A stretch of 64,000 nucleotides of DNA from Pseudomonas phage BRkr. Shown piece by piece: positions 30,726 through 40,796 of the stretch (positions are counted from its first letter, which is position 1; each line of letters begins with the position of its first letter). Under the pieces are notes generated by a model. It searched no databases, had not been told where the DNA came from, and was given only the letters and a program-made list of their open reading frames with translations. The translations under genes and the position numbers were made by a program. The stretch is taken from the sequence record LC765218.1, one strand, 5' to 3'.

Positions 30726-31144
30726 TAAAGCTTACACCGGAACGTCTTATCAAACTGGCCGTTGATTGCACTGAAGTATTGATGCGAACTGTGGCACAGA
30801 ATGACCGTATTACCATTGGTGAACTCGCTATTAACTGCGACGTCTGTAATAACACAATGCGCAGTGCATTGAAAGCTTTGCTCTCTGACTCCGAGACAAG
30901 GGCTGCACTCCAAGTACTGTTTTATTATATCCAAGCAGAGGATACTTTCTACAAACAGGAAGATCTACCGGACGATGAGTTTATTCAAGCTCTGAGTGGA
31001 ACTGACCTTTATCAAAGGGATATAATGGACAGTGCCCGCATTTGGGCTACGTATGCCAGGCGCGATGCTATTGAAATGCATGAACATCGTAAAGCCGTAG
31101 GTGAACGAGCTATAGAACGTTATCAAGGTTATATGAAGCCTTAA
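30722..31144 (+). CDS. hypothetical protein (140 aa)
   Basis: ATGA overlap with the upstream stop. Confidence 0.45.
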   Translation: MIKLTPERLIKLAVDCTEVLMRTVAQNDRITIGELAINCDVCNNTMRSALKALLSDSETRAALQVLFYYIQAEDTFYKQEDLPDDEFIQALSGTDLYQRDIMDSARIWATYARRDAIEMHEHRKAVGERAIERYQGYMKP

Positions 31145-31220
31145 TAACCGTCCAATCTTTTGTATCAATTAACAACAGTAAGGAATCAATAATGAAACCT
31201 GATTAAACCTCTAAGGAGGA

Positions 31221-31718
31221 ATGATGGCTAAGACAGCAGCGAAAAAGCTCGATGAGCTAATGGCAGCTGAGCTTAACCTCGAACTCTCCAATTACACAGC
31301 GATGTTACACCATGCCGTCACCTTAGTCGGCGTTCTTGAAGGCTTTGTGTTTGTATATGACAAGAATGGAGTCACATGTTACGACAAAGTTGATGCGTGG
31401 TCTGAAGTCAATGGAATGCGTTTGAGGATAGCTCGGTTCCAGTCTAATCCAATGGTCGAGGATAGGCTTGCTAAAAGGATTTACAAACGTTGGTATGTTC
31501 ATGGGGGTGGAATGTTAATTCCATTGAACATTACTAAAGTAGATGACCTAAAAGAAAATTTCTATTTCAAGATTGATGACAACCCCGGTCATTGTACATT
31601 CACCATTTTTACAGAGGATGCTCCGTTTATACGTAGTAAGCCATTGTTATTTAACAGAAAGAGTCATCCCGGATGGGGTGTAACATTAACCGAAACATGT
31701 AAAGAAAAAGTGGCATAA
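31221..31718 (+). CDS. hypothetical protein (165 aa)
   Basis: Strong AAGGAGG Shine-Dalgarno. Tandem ATG at 31221 and 31224. Confidence 0.5.
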   Translation: MMAKTAAKKLDELMAAELNLELSNYTAMLHHAVTLVGVLEGFVFVYDKNGVTCYDKVDAWSEVNGMRLRIARFQSNPMVEDRLAKRIYKRWYVHGGGMLIPLNITKVDDLKENFYFKIDDNPGHCTFTIFTEDAPFIRSKPLLFNRKSHPGWGVTLTETCKEKVA

Positions 31719-31748
31719 ATGCTCTCCCTTAGATGGGAGAGCTTATGT
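31718..31748 (+). terminator. intrinsic terminator
   Basis: GCTCTCCC-ttagat-GGGAGAGC then TTATGTCC. Confidence 0.5.
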
Positions 31749-31763
31749 CCATGGGAGATAGAA

Positions 31764-32330
31764 ATGTTTAACGATATAGCTACCCTGATCCAGATCTGGA
31801 GACTTCTCGGCCGTCAGCGTTCTGCATGTATCGACCCTAATACCAAACGGCATGTTCAATTGTGGTATGCGCCAAATAAAAATTCTATCCTGATGCAAGG
31901 GACGGATCCAAATAAGCGGTTGTGTCCCGATGTTATATTTGAACTTGATCCTCTCTCGAAACGGCTTGATCGTATCAACTGTCTTTGGGCTGAAGATCAG
32001 GATAGTGCCCATGAGTTAATTTATAACACTCTCCAATTTATCGTTCATCGATCGTTTGAAAAGACAGTCGTAGATCGGGTGTCTAAACTTCCACGTCAAG
32101 CGTGGAATGATAGCGTGCATAATAACCTAGAGTTCTACAGTTCTCCTATCGACAAAGATATACTGTGGATCCGTCACACTGCCGCCAGATGGCGTCAATG
32201 GCCCGTAGAGGTCAATCTTTCAGAAAAGACCGTGACGTTTGATTACTCTACTGAAGAACCTATCCCTACCCGTGCTGGTATCATGCTAGCAATTGAAGCG
32301 ATGGAGAAAGTTAATGCAAAGTCCAAATGA
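31764..32330 (+). CDS. hypothetical protein (188 aa)
   Basis: ATG after GGGAGATAGAA. The track ORF would begin inside the terminator hairpin. Confidence 0.5.
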   Translation: MFNDIATLIQIWRLLGRQRSACIDPNTKRHVQLWYAPNKNSILMQGTDPNKRLCPDVIFELDPLSKRLDRINCLWAEDQDSAHELIYNTLQFIVHRSFEKTVVDRVSKLPRQAWNDSVHNNLEFYSSPIDKDILWIRHTAARWRQWPVEVNLSEKTVTFDYSTEEPIPTRAGIMLAIEAMEKVNAKSK

Positions 32331-32592
32331 GCAACTCAAAGAAATGATCCGAGAATGGATCGAACTTGAACTCGATGAAACCTGCGTAGCTGGTGATAGC
32401 TATACTCGTCTTGCTGTCAAAAAGAAGGGTAATGTAATTACCTTTTCTAGTCGTAGTCGCGGACATACAAAGGAATATCTCACCGCCACTTTGACGGGCG
32501 ATGAAATTGAACTCTCGTCTACGCAAGGTGAAGTCCGCCAGTGGATCAGTACGGCACAGTTTTGTATTGGAAAGACACTCCAAAACTACTGA
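32314..32592 (+). CDS. hypothetical protein (92 aa)
   Basis: ATG preceded by GGAGAAAG. Overlaps the upstream stop. Confidence 0.4.
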   Translation: MQSPNEQLKEMIREWIELELDETCVAGDSYTRLAVKKKGNVITFSSRSRGHTKEYLTATLTGDEIELSSTQGEVRQWISTAQFCIGKTLQNY

Positions 32593-33047
32593 TATGTAAT
32601 CACTATAGAGTACTTAGCATGTCGCAACGTGAACACATCATCGAGATCATGAAAACTTGGGCTACTACCAATAAGTGCCCACCTGAAGAAATGGCCCTAG
32701 GTCATCTCAGTGCAATGGTTATTTACAATCTGCGTAAAGAAGTGAATACCATTGATATCTTTCTGACACCTGCTCAATACAATCGCTGGATTGAAGCTGG
32801 TAACGAAGAGACAGAAGACGATCAAGGTAAGTTCATTGTCTTCTATGATTTCACCCGTTTGCGCAAAATGACAAAGGAGCAACAAGGACAACTTGTTAAT
32901 AGTTACGAGGTCCAAGTTCTCCATCCCCTTCACCTGAAAGAAACGTTTGAAGCCCTTGAGAAGATAGAATCGAGAGACCCTAAAGTACGAGCTAAGGATC
33001 ATCGTGCTGTACAAGATCTCGATGTATTCCTTAGACGTTATTGGTGA
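32541..33047 (+). CDS. hypothetical protein (168 aa; alternative start at 32616 gives 143 aa)
   Basis: The ORF overlaps the upstream gene by 52 nt, so the start is uncertain. Confidence 0.4.
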   Translation: MDQYGTVLYWKDTPKLLICNHYRVLSMSQREHIIEIMKTWATTNKCPPEEMALGHLSAMVIYNLRKEVNTIDIFLTPAQYNRWIEAGNEETEDDQGKFIVFYDFTRLRKMTKEQQGQLVNSYEVQVLHPLHLKETFEALEKIESRDPKVRAKDHRAVQDLDVFLRRYW

Positions 33048-33053
33048 GATAAA

Positions 33054-33461
33054 ATGATAAGTTTGTTTGCGATATTTTTGTCTTTCTTCATCGGTCTTGG
33101 TATTTCCTTTACTATCATTGCGATAGATAAAAAGAAATATAGAGACGATAACAATAACCGTCATCCTGAACTGGAGCTACGTGTTAATCAGTTAGCTAAT
33201 TGGTTGATAACCACGGTTGTTGTATTCATAGCAAGCGTGACGGTTGGCTTCCTTAATAAGAATGTTGATAGCATGTGGATTGGTGCAGGTATTGTTACGC
33301 TTGTAGCGATAATTGCTATTATAGGTAAACTATATTCGATACATGTATTCAACTTAATGGAAGATGTAAAACAGAAATATAAGCCTGCTGCTGTTGAAGC
33401 ATACTTATTTTCTTTCTGGGTTATCTTGTTGTTGGATAAAGCTCTTTTAGTAAACATTTAG
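33054..33461 (+). CDS. hypothetical integral membrane protein (3-4 TM helices)
   Basis: Hydrophobic segments LFAIFLSFFIGLGISFTIIAI, LITTVVVFIASVTVGFL, IGAGIVTLVAIIAIIG and LFSFWVILLL. Confidence 0.5.
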   Translation: MISLFAIFLSFFIGLGISFTIIAIDKKKYRDDNNNRHPELELRVNQLANWLITTVVVFIASVTVGFLNKNVDSMWIGAGIVTLVAIIAIIGKLYSIHVFNLMEDVKQKYKPAAVEAYLFSFWVILLLDKALLVNI

Positions 33462-33467
33462 ATACAG

Positions 33468-33500
33468 GCCCACCCTTCGGGGTGGGTTTATTTTGTTTTT
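33468..33500 (+). terminator. intrinsic terminator
   Basis: CCCACCC-TTCG-GGGTGGG then TTTATTTTGTTTTTCTTTTTT. Confidence 0.55.
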
Positions 33501-33510
33501 CTTTTTTACA

Positions 33511-33537
33511 TTCAAACCAATTTAAAGGCTATATTAC
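33511..33537 (+). promoter_or_regulatory. early-promoter-like element ...AAAGGCTATATTAC
   Basis: TATATTAC core 34 nt upstream of the ATG at 33571. Confidence 0.45.
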
Positions 33538-33570
33538 AAACGTGATAATAAACCTTAGAGGTATCACGAC

Positions 33571-33795
33571 ATGAATAGCCATGCGTACAAAACCGTAAAG
33601 GTTCTCGGTCGTGATTACCGAGTAACCAGCAATAGTAAATTTGTAACCATTCTTGATGCACGTGGTAACATGTGCTTTAACTTGAATGTAGTTGAACGTA
33701 AAGCTACACAGCCATGCGAATCTTTCCGTCGTTATTGTGCCGGTGTTGGCGTTACTCCGAAAGCAATGATCCTGTCTATTCTTAATAACGTGTAA
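33571..33795 (+). CDS. hypothetical protein (74 aa)
   Basis: Complete ORF. Confidence 0.45.
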   Translation: MNSHAYKTVKVLGRDYRVTSNSKFVTILDARGNMCFNLNVVERKATQPCESFRRYCAGVGVTPKAMILSILNNV

Positions 33796-33806
33796 GGAGA
33801 TTGATT

Positions 33807-34037
33807 ATGCAAGCTTTCTTTGATAAGGTCCAAGCTGAAGCCAAACGTGTTGTCGAAACTAATCCTCAGGGCCGTTGGACTTATGGGGATTGGGATGTCT
33901 TCGTTCAGGAAGATAAAGTCATCATTAATGATAGTAATCTAGAGCTTGTTGCTGAAGCATCGGCATCGAAACCTGATTTGGTTTGCATGAAATGTGATCC
34001 TGATGACGTTCTGGAATGCTTGGAGCGTTTGTCATAA
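33807..34037 (+). CDS. hypothetical protein (76 aa)
   Basis: ATG 8 nt after AAGGAG. Confidence 0.45.
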   Translation: MQAFFDKVQAEAKRVVETNPQGRWTYGDWDVFVQEDKVIINDSNLELVAEASASKPDLVCMKCDPDDVLECLERLS

Positions 34038-34040
34038 TGG

Positions 34041-34092
34041 CATAAAGCCCCTACCTTCGGGTAGGGGCTATGCTTATTTTTTTTTTATTTTA
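34041..34092. terminator. bidirectional intrinsic terminator
   Basis: GCCCCTACC-TTCG-GGTAGGGGC, flanked by CATAAAG and TATGCTTATTTTTTTTTTTATTTT. The same 22-nt stem-loop recurs at 44821. Confidence 0.6.
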
Positions 34093-35002
34093 GATAATAC
34101 ATGGCATTACTAGCAGCGTTGACTGAACTGTTACCAGAACCACCGAAACAATACAACCGTTTTCCATCGGATACAATACTCGAATTGAATACGATATTAG
34201 CTATATTCTTGAACAATACCCATTTATTTTCATCGGGTAAATATTCGTAGATATTTTTATTCGCGTTGTTATTGATTAAGGGTGCACCAGGCATCAGGAA
34301 TATCCGACCATCCATGGTGAAGCCACTACCAACCCAAGTAGTAATTGGGAAATTACTTAGCTGTACCCACGTATTTGTGGATAAAGTATATTCCCAGAAA
34401 TCATTACGATTGCTAACGCCACCGATTAAATAGAATTTACCATTTAGATAAACACTAGCAGACGATGTTCTAGCTGGCGGACGAAGTGTTGGTTGGGTTA
34501 CAGTTTCCCAAGTGTCGGTAGCGATATTATATTTCATTAACACGTCGTTTGACGGCGTGCCACCGTAAGTATAAATAAAGCCCGACTCATAGAACATATG
34601 GAAATCGTAACGAGCCACAGGTGGGGATTTCAAAACCAGTTTTTCTTTTGTTAATGGATCAATCCTAACAAAAGTGCTATTAACAGCATTACCTGGAAAT
34701 GTAGCGCCGCCGAGGTGGTACAGATATGTTCCATCGTTAACGATACCAGAGAAATATACAGACGACGGAACAGTACTGAAGTTTTGATCATACACACCAG
34801 TGGCAAGATCATACGTCATTAACGTCGAAGTGGATACACCATTTGTTCCACCTTGCGTGCCGCCACCAGCAATATATACTTTACCATTGAGTAGGGTTGC
34901 AGATGCACCTACCCTAGTAACAGGCATGTTAGGACCCTGTACAGGGATTCCTTGCCATCCAAGATTAGTTCTGACTAATGTAGCGAGTAAAGACTCGAAC
35001 AT
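34085..35002 (-). CDS. Kelch-repeat / beta-propeller protein
   Basis: Repeated blades carrying Y-x-x-GG motifs, for example VYIAGGGTQGG, LYHLGGATFPG, IYTYGGTPS, FYLIGGVSN and LYCFGGSGN. Start is taken at the ATG that corresponds to the paralogue at 3518. The track ORF extends to 35071 and would overlap the upstream gene. Confidence 0.55.
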   Translation of the reverse strand: MFESLLATLVRTNLGWQGIPVQGPNMPVTRVGASATLLNGKVYIAGGGTQGGTNGVSTSTLMTYDLATGVYDQNFSTVPSSVYFSGIVNDGTYLYHLGGATFPGNAVNSTFVRIDPLTKEKLVLKSPPVARYDFHMFYESGFIYTYGGTPSNDVLMKYNIATDTWETVTQPTLRPPARTSSASVYLNGKFYLIGGVSNRNDFWEYTLSTNTWVQLSNFPITTWVGSGFTMDGRIFLMPGAPLINNNANKNIYEYLPDENKWVLFKNIANIVFNSSIVSDGKRLYCFGGSGNSSVNAASNAMYYLK

Positions 35003-35018
35003 ATAAACACCTACGCCC

Positions 35019-35831
35019 TTACGGCGCCGCCATGATAGTACGAATATGGTGTCGGTTACCTTCAGGGTCATTGAAGTTCCGGGATACCTTCCGCCACTTC
35101 TTCAGTTGCTCATCATAGAGATCGTTCGCTTCAGACCATTCGTAAACTTTGTCACGGAATACACCAAGCTCTTGACCGCCAGATAACTGAGCTTCACCCA
35201 TATTGATGTAAAGTTCATTATAACAGTAGGCTTTAACAGCATATTCAACTAGTTTAGAGAATACAGGGATAGCCTGAGGACGAATATTAAGTAACTCGTC
35301 ATCATTACCCAAGCGACACGATAAATACGCGGCATGTGAAGGCAAGTAAATAAATCTAACCATTACAGTGTTATGGTTAATCAAGTTAATGTATGCAGTC
35401 TGTGCAACAGGTAGTCTTCGCGCAGAGTCTAATACTTTACGTGATTCAGCACCAATAGTCGATTCATTATAGTGCATTGCATATCCAGAGTTCTGATAAC
35501 CTAGGATACCGAAGTGAATACTAAATACCTGGACGATGGGACGCTGTTGGGTGTATTCATCCGGGATATAGTAAATAACAGTGTACGGATCGACATATTC
35601 AGACTTAACAGGAAAGTCCAGTGGAATATAAGTTTTAGTTCCACCGATCAAGTTCATGTCTGCAAAGACACGTGGTTCTAATACCGCCTCTCGAATTCTA
35701 GTTTCAAGAGAAATGACTTCACCGCAAATAGCTGCATTAGATGCAGCTTCTTGTCCAATGAAAACAGACTCTAGAATCTGACGGGGAATTCGGAAAGGTA
35801 AATCTCGAAGTGCATATTGAATAGCATTCAT
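35019..35831 (-). CDS. hypothetical protein (270 aa)
   Basis: Complete ORF co-oriented with the Kelch-like gene. Confidence 0.5.
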   Translation of the reverse strand: MNAIQYALRDLPFRIPRQILESVFIGQEAASNAAICGEVISLETRIREAVLEPRVFADMNLIGGTKTYIPLDFPVKSEYVDPYTVIYYIPDEYTQQRPIVQVFSIHFGILGYQNSGYAMHYNESTIGAESRKVLDSARRLPVAQTAYINLINHNTVMVRFIYLPSHAAYLSCRLGNDDELLNIRPQAIPVFSKLVEYAVKAYCYNELYINMGEAQLSGGQELGVFRDKVYEWSEANDLYDEQLKKWRKVSRNFNDPEGNRHHIRTIMAAP

Positions 35832-35930
35832 GTTTAAACGCCCCTAGGAAGCTCACCAGCGAACGAACACCCATGGAGATAATACCCAGGTGGGGTATCA
35901 TATACAACGGGGGTTCTGTGACGATTTTAA

Positions 35931-35951
35931 AAGATTTCAAATCTATATCAT
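35931..35951 (+). promoter_or_regulatory. early-promoter-like element AAGATTTCAAATCTATATCAT
   Basis: TTTCAAATCTATAT subclass. Confidence 0.45.
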
Positions 35952-35980
35952 AGCTCTGAGTGATTTCCGGAATACTAACT

Positions 35981-36373
35981 ATGATTCCTCAAAGACAAGT
36001 TCAACTTCATGCCTTCGAGTTGGCTGGAGTCATAAAGGCCATTACTCAACCACCCTTCATGGCTTTAGTTAAATCTAAAGCAATTGAATCGGTTGACATG
36101 GATACTACTGACTTCTCAGGACTCCTGGTAAAAGCTAAGGAACAGTTAATAGATGATTTCATCCAGAACGCAATAAATTCGTTTCAATGTTGTTTTGTAA
36201 TGGGTTACGCACCATATCGTAACACACAGGCCGAACTGGAATGGATGGCATTTCATAATGAGGCGCGTTCATTACTTTACGACACTCTCAATCTTCCAGT
36301 GGAAGCTTCCGGGATGCATGTTGGTTACAGACGTATTGGTTCTGTTATCTACTTAGCAATACCTATCAATTAA
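35981..36373 (+). CDS. hypothetical protein (130 aa)
   Basis: First ATG after the promoter element. The track start is a GTG at 35960. Confidence 0.45.
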   Translation: MIPQRQVQLHAFELAGVIKAITQPPFMALVKSKAIESVDMDTTDFSGLLVKAKEQLIDDFIQNAINSFQCCFVMGYAPYRNTQAELEWMAFHNEARSLLYDTLNLPVEASGMHVGYRRIGSVIYLAIPIN

Positions 36374-36389
36374 TAAATGGAGCAATGCA

Positions 36390-37409
36390 ATGTCGTCCAA
36401 ACGGTTTGTAGTGCTTGAGATTAACCCACAGGTAGATGTCCTGTATACATATCTCGAACACTTTACCAAAAGCAATCCGCATTTGGGTCTACCGCGCCCG
36501 ACTCGTAACACCGCGATTCAACTGGTGTTCCTTACAGTCAAAGAAATCTTGACTAGTCGAAGTGCATTCGAAACAGAGATTGACTATGAGGTACATAAAG
36601 CAGGTGCCCTATTTAATTCTCCTCCAGGCAAATTAGATGAAAAACAACTGGAGGTTTATAAGATCTTTGCTAGTGATGTTATCTGGGAAGGCGTTACGAT
36701 TGAAATCGATAATCAATTGGAACACCACATTGATCGACGCACCTATACCGAATGGAAACCAGTCTGCATTGGTAACCTTATTGGGCTTGCTGAAGGTGAA
36801 GATCATAGAATCCAAGAATACTATCGCCTGACCGATCAGCATAATGATGACAGCCATGCCGAGATTGCATTGAACTGCACTTCTCTAGTGTCGTATCTGC
36901 ATGGTGAATTCATGCGTACATTTGGAGCCGTAATGCGAGATCCAAATACGTTGACCCGTGCAATTGCAATGATGGGTAAACATCGTACACCTGAACGAGT
37001 TCAGAAAGTAATTGATTTCCTGAATAATCCCAACAGGGCCATGGCAGCAGTGTTCTTGGATACACTGACAACTATGTATCCAATGATAACCCTTGATCCC
37101 ATTTGTCCTCAAGTGAACGATGATTTGTTCGCACTTGTTGGTATTGCTAACATGGAGGAATTCAAACAAAATTACGTGCGTAAAGTTATCACGGCTTTCG
37201 GCCTGAGTTACTTCTCGTCGTATGTTAAACGGGATAAGAAATACACGCTTGAATACAGTTCTAGCCACATTCTCGCCATATACGAAATGAAAGGGATCAG
37301 TCGTACGGAGAAAGAAATGATGGAGCTTGTTGCATCGTTCCTTCGTAACGATTATCTTCCCCCAGAACAACGGGCTATTGCAGAACGTTGGTATTTGGAA
37401 AATAACTAA
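36390..37409 (+). CDS. hypothetical protein (339 aa)
   Basis: Complete ORF. Confidence 0.55.
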   Translation: MSSKRFVVLEINPQVDVLYTYLEHFTKSNPHLGLPRPTRNTAIQLVFLTVKEILTSRSAFETEIDYEVHKAGALFNSPPGKLDEKQLEVYKIFASDVIWEGVTIEIDNQLEHHIDRRTYTEWKPVCIGNLIGLAEGEDHRIQEYYRLTDQHNDDSHAEIALNCTSLVSYLHGEFMRTFGAVMRDPNTLTRAIAMMGKHRTPERVQKVIDFLNNPNRAMAAVFLDTLTTMYPMITLDPICPQVNDDLFALVGIANMEEFKQNYVRKVITAFGLSYFSSYVKRDKKYTLEYSSSHILAIYEMKGISRTEKEMMELVASFLRNDYLPPEQRAIAERWYLENN

Positions 37410-37413
37410 CATA

Positions 37414-37437
37414 GGGCCTCCGAAAGGAGGCTTTATG
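37414..37437 (+). terminator. intrinsic terminator
   Basis: GCCTCC-GAAA-GGAGGC then TTTATGCCG. Confidence 0.5.
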
Positions 37438-37451
37438 CCGGAGAGATAAAT

Positions 37452-37844
37452 GTGAAAGAACAATTATTGATAACATTCAAGGCGTCGGATTTCATCGGTA
37501 TGGTCGATGATAAATATTACGATGTAATGCGTAATATCGGACGAGAAGGTCTTGTCGATCTAATTGCCACATCTATTTGCTGGCAGCTTGACTTTGATAA
37601 TGAAGAACATATTGAGCTCTTTGAGAAATCAGTTCTTTTAATCTGCGGATACAAGAAAGAGTCAAATAAATCTAAACCCAAAGACACTCATGACAAGATA
37701 CTCATTGAGTTCGTCATGAATAGGGTTAAGGCACTGGGATATCTTATCCCAGATTGTATCCATCTTGACTACGTAAATAGAAAAGTTTACTTAGACGAGA
37801 AATCAGATACAGTCTACTTAATCGTGGGGTATTACGTTGCGTGA
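37452..37844 (+). CDS. hypothetical protein (130 aa)
   Basis: Complete ORF. First of four overlapping ORFs in successive +1 frames. Confidence 0.45.
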   Translation: MKEQLLITFKASDFIGMVDDKYYDVMRNIGREGLVDLIATSICWQLDFDNEEHIELFEKSVLLICGYKKESNKSKPKDTHDKILIEFVMNRVKALGYLIPDCIHLDYVNRKVYLDEKSDTVYLIVGYYVA

Positions 37845-38211
37845 GACGATATTCGTGAGGCTATCCATGGATGTTCTTTATGGACCTCGTAGTTGGCAAA
37901 TAGAAGCATGGGCAGATTTGGTTGGCTTCACGGTATCCGATATCAACTCATTAGCTATATTGATGGCTGAGGCTGATATAGGTCACGGAACTGATCTCGA
38001 TGACGATGCAATTATCACTGAAGTTTTTATGGATTCAGATATTGGTAAATGTATCGTTAGGACAATCCGACGACAAATAAAAGAGATAATATCATACCTT
38101 CCAACCGACACCATTGAACTTCGTTACTTAAGAACTTATGGAGATGCAGTGTATGTTATCGCCACCCGCGTCCCTAGTCTTCTCAATGGACCTGGGAATA
38201 TTCTTCCCTAA
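37837..38211 (+). CDS. hypothetical protein (124 aa)
   Basis: ATG overlaps the upstream stop by 8 nt. Confidence 0.4.
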   Translation: MRETIFVRLSMDVLYGPRSWQIEAWADLVGFTVSDINSLAILMAEADIGHGTDLDDDAIITEVFMDSDIGKCIVRTIRRQIKEIISYLPTDTIELRYLRTYGDAVYVIATRVPSLLNGPGNILP

Positions 38212-38623
38212 TTACAACGAGCTTGAAAGATTACATCGAGTGATCTACAAGAAGAAAGAGTTCAAGGGCTACGGTCCAGGAGGAGTATGGGATGACGTTA
38301 TAACTTGGGTACTTAGTGTATCTAAGGCGTTAAATGAAAATCCAGAGGTAATACCAAAGGATGTTACCATACCAAATTTTAGTTATAATGGTAAACTAGC
38401 GGAACGATATCAGGAGTTGTTTCTAGAGCACGCGATCATATTTCTGAAAGCATTACCACGAGGAATTGTTAGTATATTCCCGATAATGTTTAAAGGAACA
38501 GCTGCTAGATTTCTGCTAGAGTACTATGGGAGTAAGTGGCAACAGCATGCGATCGTTACTGGTTTTCGAATCGAAGACTTTAACCGACCAGTTGGTAAAG
38601 GAAGAAAACGCGCTTCTAGTTAA
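38138..38623 (+). CDS. hypothetical protein (161 aa; an alternative in-frame GTG at 38240 gives 127 aa)
   Basis: Overlaps the upstream ORF by 74 nt in the +1 frame, so the start is uncertain. Confidence 0.35.
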   Translation: MEMQCMLSPPASLVFSMDLGIFFPNYNELERLHRVIYKKKEFKGYGPGGVWDDVITWVLSVSKALNENPEVIPKDVTIPNFSYNGKLAERYQELFLEHAIIFLKALPRGIVSIFPIMFKGTAARFLLEYYGSKWQQHAIVTGFRIEDFNRPVGKGRKRASS

Positions 38624-38978
38624 GCGTGTGCTGGCTTACTTTGCCGACTGTGTTCGGCAGTACATCGGGCACTTAAACCTACCGAGCTGGGATGGCTATT
38701 ATGAGCTCTATCTGGAGGATTCTTATTTATCTCTTATTAGTGAAGATTTTGATGGTCAGGACATCATAAAGACAATTAGCGACGATGGTGAAGCTGTCGA
38801 TTGGCGCCTCCGTTTTCGAGAATTGATGGATGTCTGTGTAAATGCCTATAAGGACGATATGGTATCTACCCTACGTTCGTTCCAGTCAAAATCAGAGATA
38901 ATTTCTACTGTGAACATAGTAGGTTATGACAAATACAAACTCTCAATAATGGTGATCTCCATGGAGGCCCCTAAATGA
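38526..38978 (+). CDS. hypothetical protein (150 aa; an alternative in-frame GTG at 38628 gives 116 aa)
   Basis: Overlaps the upstream ORF by 98 nt in the +1 frame. A GTG sits 5 nt after the upstream stop. Confidence 0.35.
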   Translation: MGVSGNSMRSLLVFESKTLTDQLVKEENALLVKRVLAYFADCVRQYIGHLNLPSWDGYYELYLEDSYLSLISEDFDGQDIIKTISDDGEAVDWRLRFRELMDVCVNAYKDDMVSTLRSFQSKSEIISTVNIVGYDKYKLSIMVISMEAPK

Positions 38979-39769
38979 ATGTCCAAGAAATGCAACATGT
39001 GATACACGGTGTCTTCAATTCGGATGGCACCGTTGATCTAATTGGTGTTGCTAATAGAACCCATTACATCGCCCCAACCCAGATTCAAGAATCTGCTGGT
39101 CCCCGTACTTGCGGGATCATGATCAACTCTAAAGTGATTGATCGTCAGATTGTTCAGATGACAGATGTTGTCCGGAACAAGATGTTACAGACACATGTAC
39201 CAAAAAACGAAGACGATCATGTAGCAGAAGAAGATTCTGTTATTGCACTCATGCAAGACTGTGTTAACAAACACGTCGAATATATCCTAACTGCCCCAGC
39301 TAAGGAAAACGTAGGTTTTGTACACTACGTAGAAGAATATTTCCCGAGCATTAAGAATGATCTTATTAATGACTCTACAACTATGCTTTATCTTGAAGCT
39401 AAGTTTGCAGAGACAACGGGAATGCTCGGAGAATGTCTTCAACCAGCGATCGCTGATTTGGAAAATAATGGTTGTTTAATCGATAAGATAGAGAACTTTG
39501 CTGTTGGTCAGTACGACAGCTATTATGTTCTGGTCGGTGACAATCCTGACGCTCCATACACAGATGATCCGGCCGATGGTCCACATGTACGTGAACCTTA
39601 CAATCCTAATGACAATCCGTATCGCGAACAAGCTCGTCTTGAACGTGAACAGGAGCTACAGCTTGCAATGCTGCCGCCAGAGGATCGTGAGTCATATTTG
39701 CGTACAATTAATTCACCCCTTAGCGTAACTAAAGAACAAATCGGGTTGGGATTGAACGATGATACATGA
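38975..39769 (+). CDS. hypothetical protein (264 aa)
   Basis: ATGA overlap with the upstream stop. Confidence 0.5.
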   Translation: MNVQEMQHVIHGVFNSDGTVDLIGVANRTHYIAPTQIQESAGPRTCGIMINSKVIDRQIVQMTDVVRNKMLQTHVPKNEDDHVAEEDSVIALMQDCVNKHVEYILTAPAKENVGFVHYVEEYFPSIKNDLINDSTTMLYLEAKFAETTGMLGECLQPAIADLENNGCLIDKIENFAVGQYDSYYVLVGDNPDAPYTDDPADGPHVREPYNPNDNPYREQARLEREQELQLAMLPPEDRESYLRTINSPLSVTKEQIGLGLNDDT

Positions 39770-40184
39770 TCTTGTCATAGCTGGTACAATTGCAGGAGCT
39801 CAGTATGCAGAGAGATTCGGATTGCGGTTCTATCAGGATCGTTGGATGGACGAGCGGGATAAAAAGGAAGTAGATGATTCCCTGGAAGACGAATTAGCTG
39901 CAACTGTAGGTAAAGATATTAAGTTGCCGGTTGATCAAATCCGTAAGCGCGTTCTGTTCTATTTTCAACGAGAAGTAATGAACAATTTCGGGATACATAT
40001 TCTCGAATCAGCCGGCGCTACGGACGATCTGTTAGACGACGATGATATCAACGTGGTTGAGATGTATAAAGTCTTTAAAGAGTTTACACTGAATAACCCG
40101 TTATTAGACGTTCTGTCAATGTGGCCGATTGATATGAATGGATCGTTTGCATTCGTGGTTTCACGCAAACCTATGAGTGCTTAA
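39759..40184 (+). CDS. hypothetical protein (141 aa)
   Basis: Complete ORF. Confidence 0.45.
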   Translation: MIHDLVIAGTIAGAQYAERFGLRFYQDRWMDERDKKEVDDSLEDELAATVGKDIKLPVDQIRKRVLFYFQREVMNNFGIHILESAGATDDLLDDDDINVVEMYKVFKEFTLNNPLLDVLSMWPIDMNGSFAFVVSRKPMSA

Positions 40185-40207
40185 CAATCAGTTCAACGGA
40201 GTCAATC

Positions 40208-40615
40208 ATGCCATCCATTCGTGACGTAGCAATTGGCCAGAAAATCAGTTTTGAAGTTTATCCGTCTGCACAATACGGAAACAACTTTAAGAATGTAACA
40301 CTGGCCGCATTCCTAGACGCAAATCTTGTACGTATCCTGGGTTTCGATTTAATCGCCGCTCACCAAAACGTGTATCCGACTCTCCCAGCGGGTACACCAA
40401 ACGATCCATCGCAGTACAGTTATGTACGCGTTGAATTTGAAGGTGGGCAGCACCAGTATATTGGTATTCCATGGATTCGTGAAGGAAGCGTGGTCGTCAA
40501 CAACGGTCAGAAAGCTACCTTAGTATTCCAGAATATCGATCAACGACGTTTGGAACGAATCATCGAAGCTTGCAAGATGAATAACGAAGTTCCAGATTCA
40601 GTTGTCTTGGAATAA
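40208..40615 (+). CDS. hypothetical protein (135 aa)
   Basis: Complete ORF. Confidence 0.5.
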   Translation: MPSIRDVAIGQKISFEVYPSAQYGNNFKNVTLAAFLDANLVRILGFDLIAAHQNVYPTLPAGTPNDPSQYSYVRVEFEGGQHQYIGIPWIREGSVVVNNGQKATLVFQNIDQRRLERIIEACKMNNEVPDSVVLE

Positions 40616-40620
40616 ACATA

Positions 40621-40650
40621 GTGCCCTCCACTCGGAGGGCATATATGTCG
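40621..40650 (+). terminator. intrinsic terminator
   Basis: GCCCTCC-actc-GGAGGGC then ATATATGTCG. Confidence 0.5.
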
Positions 40651-40796
40651 TCGCGAACTTTTACCTTGTGGCACATCAATATGTGAAAGTAATTTGATGT
40701 GCTACCGCTCAATCTTTGGACATCCATTGGGTGTCCTAATTTTTTTCCGTTTTAGCGTAGCCATCTCTTGAAAGATCAAATTTTAAGAGAGGAAAT

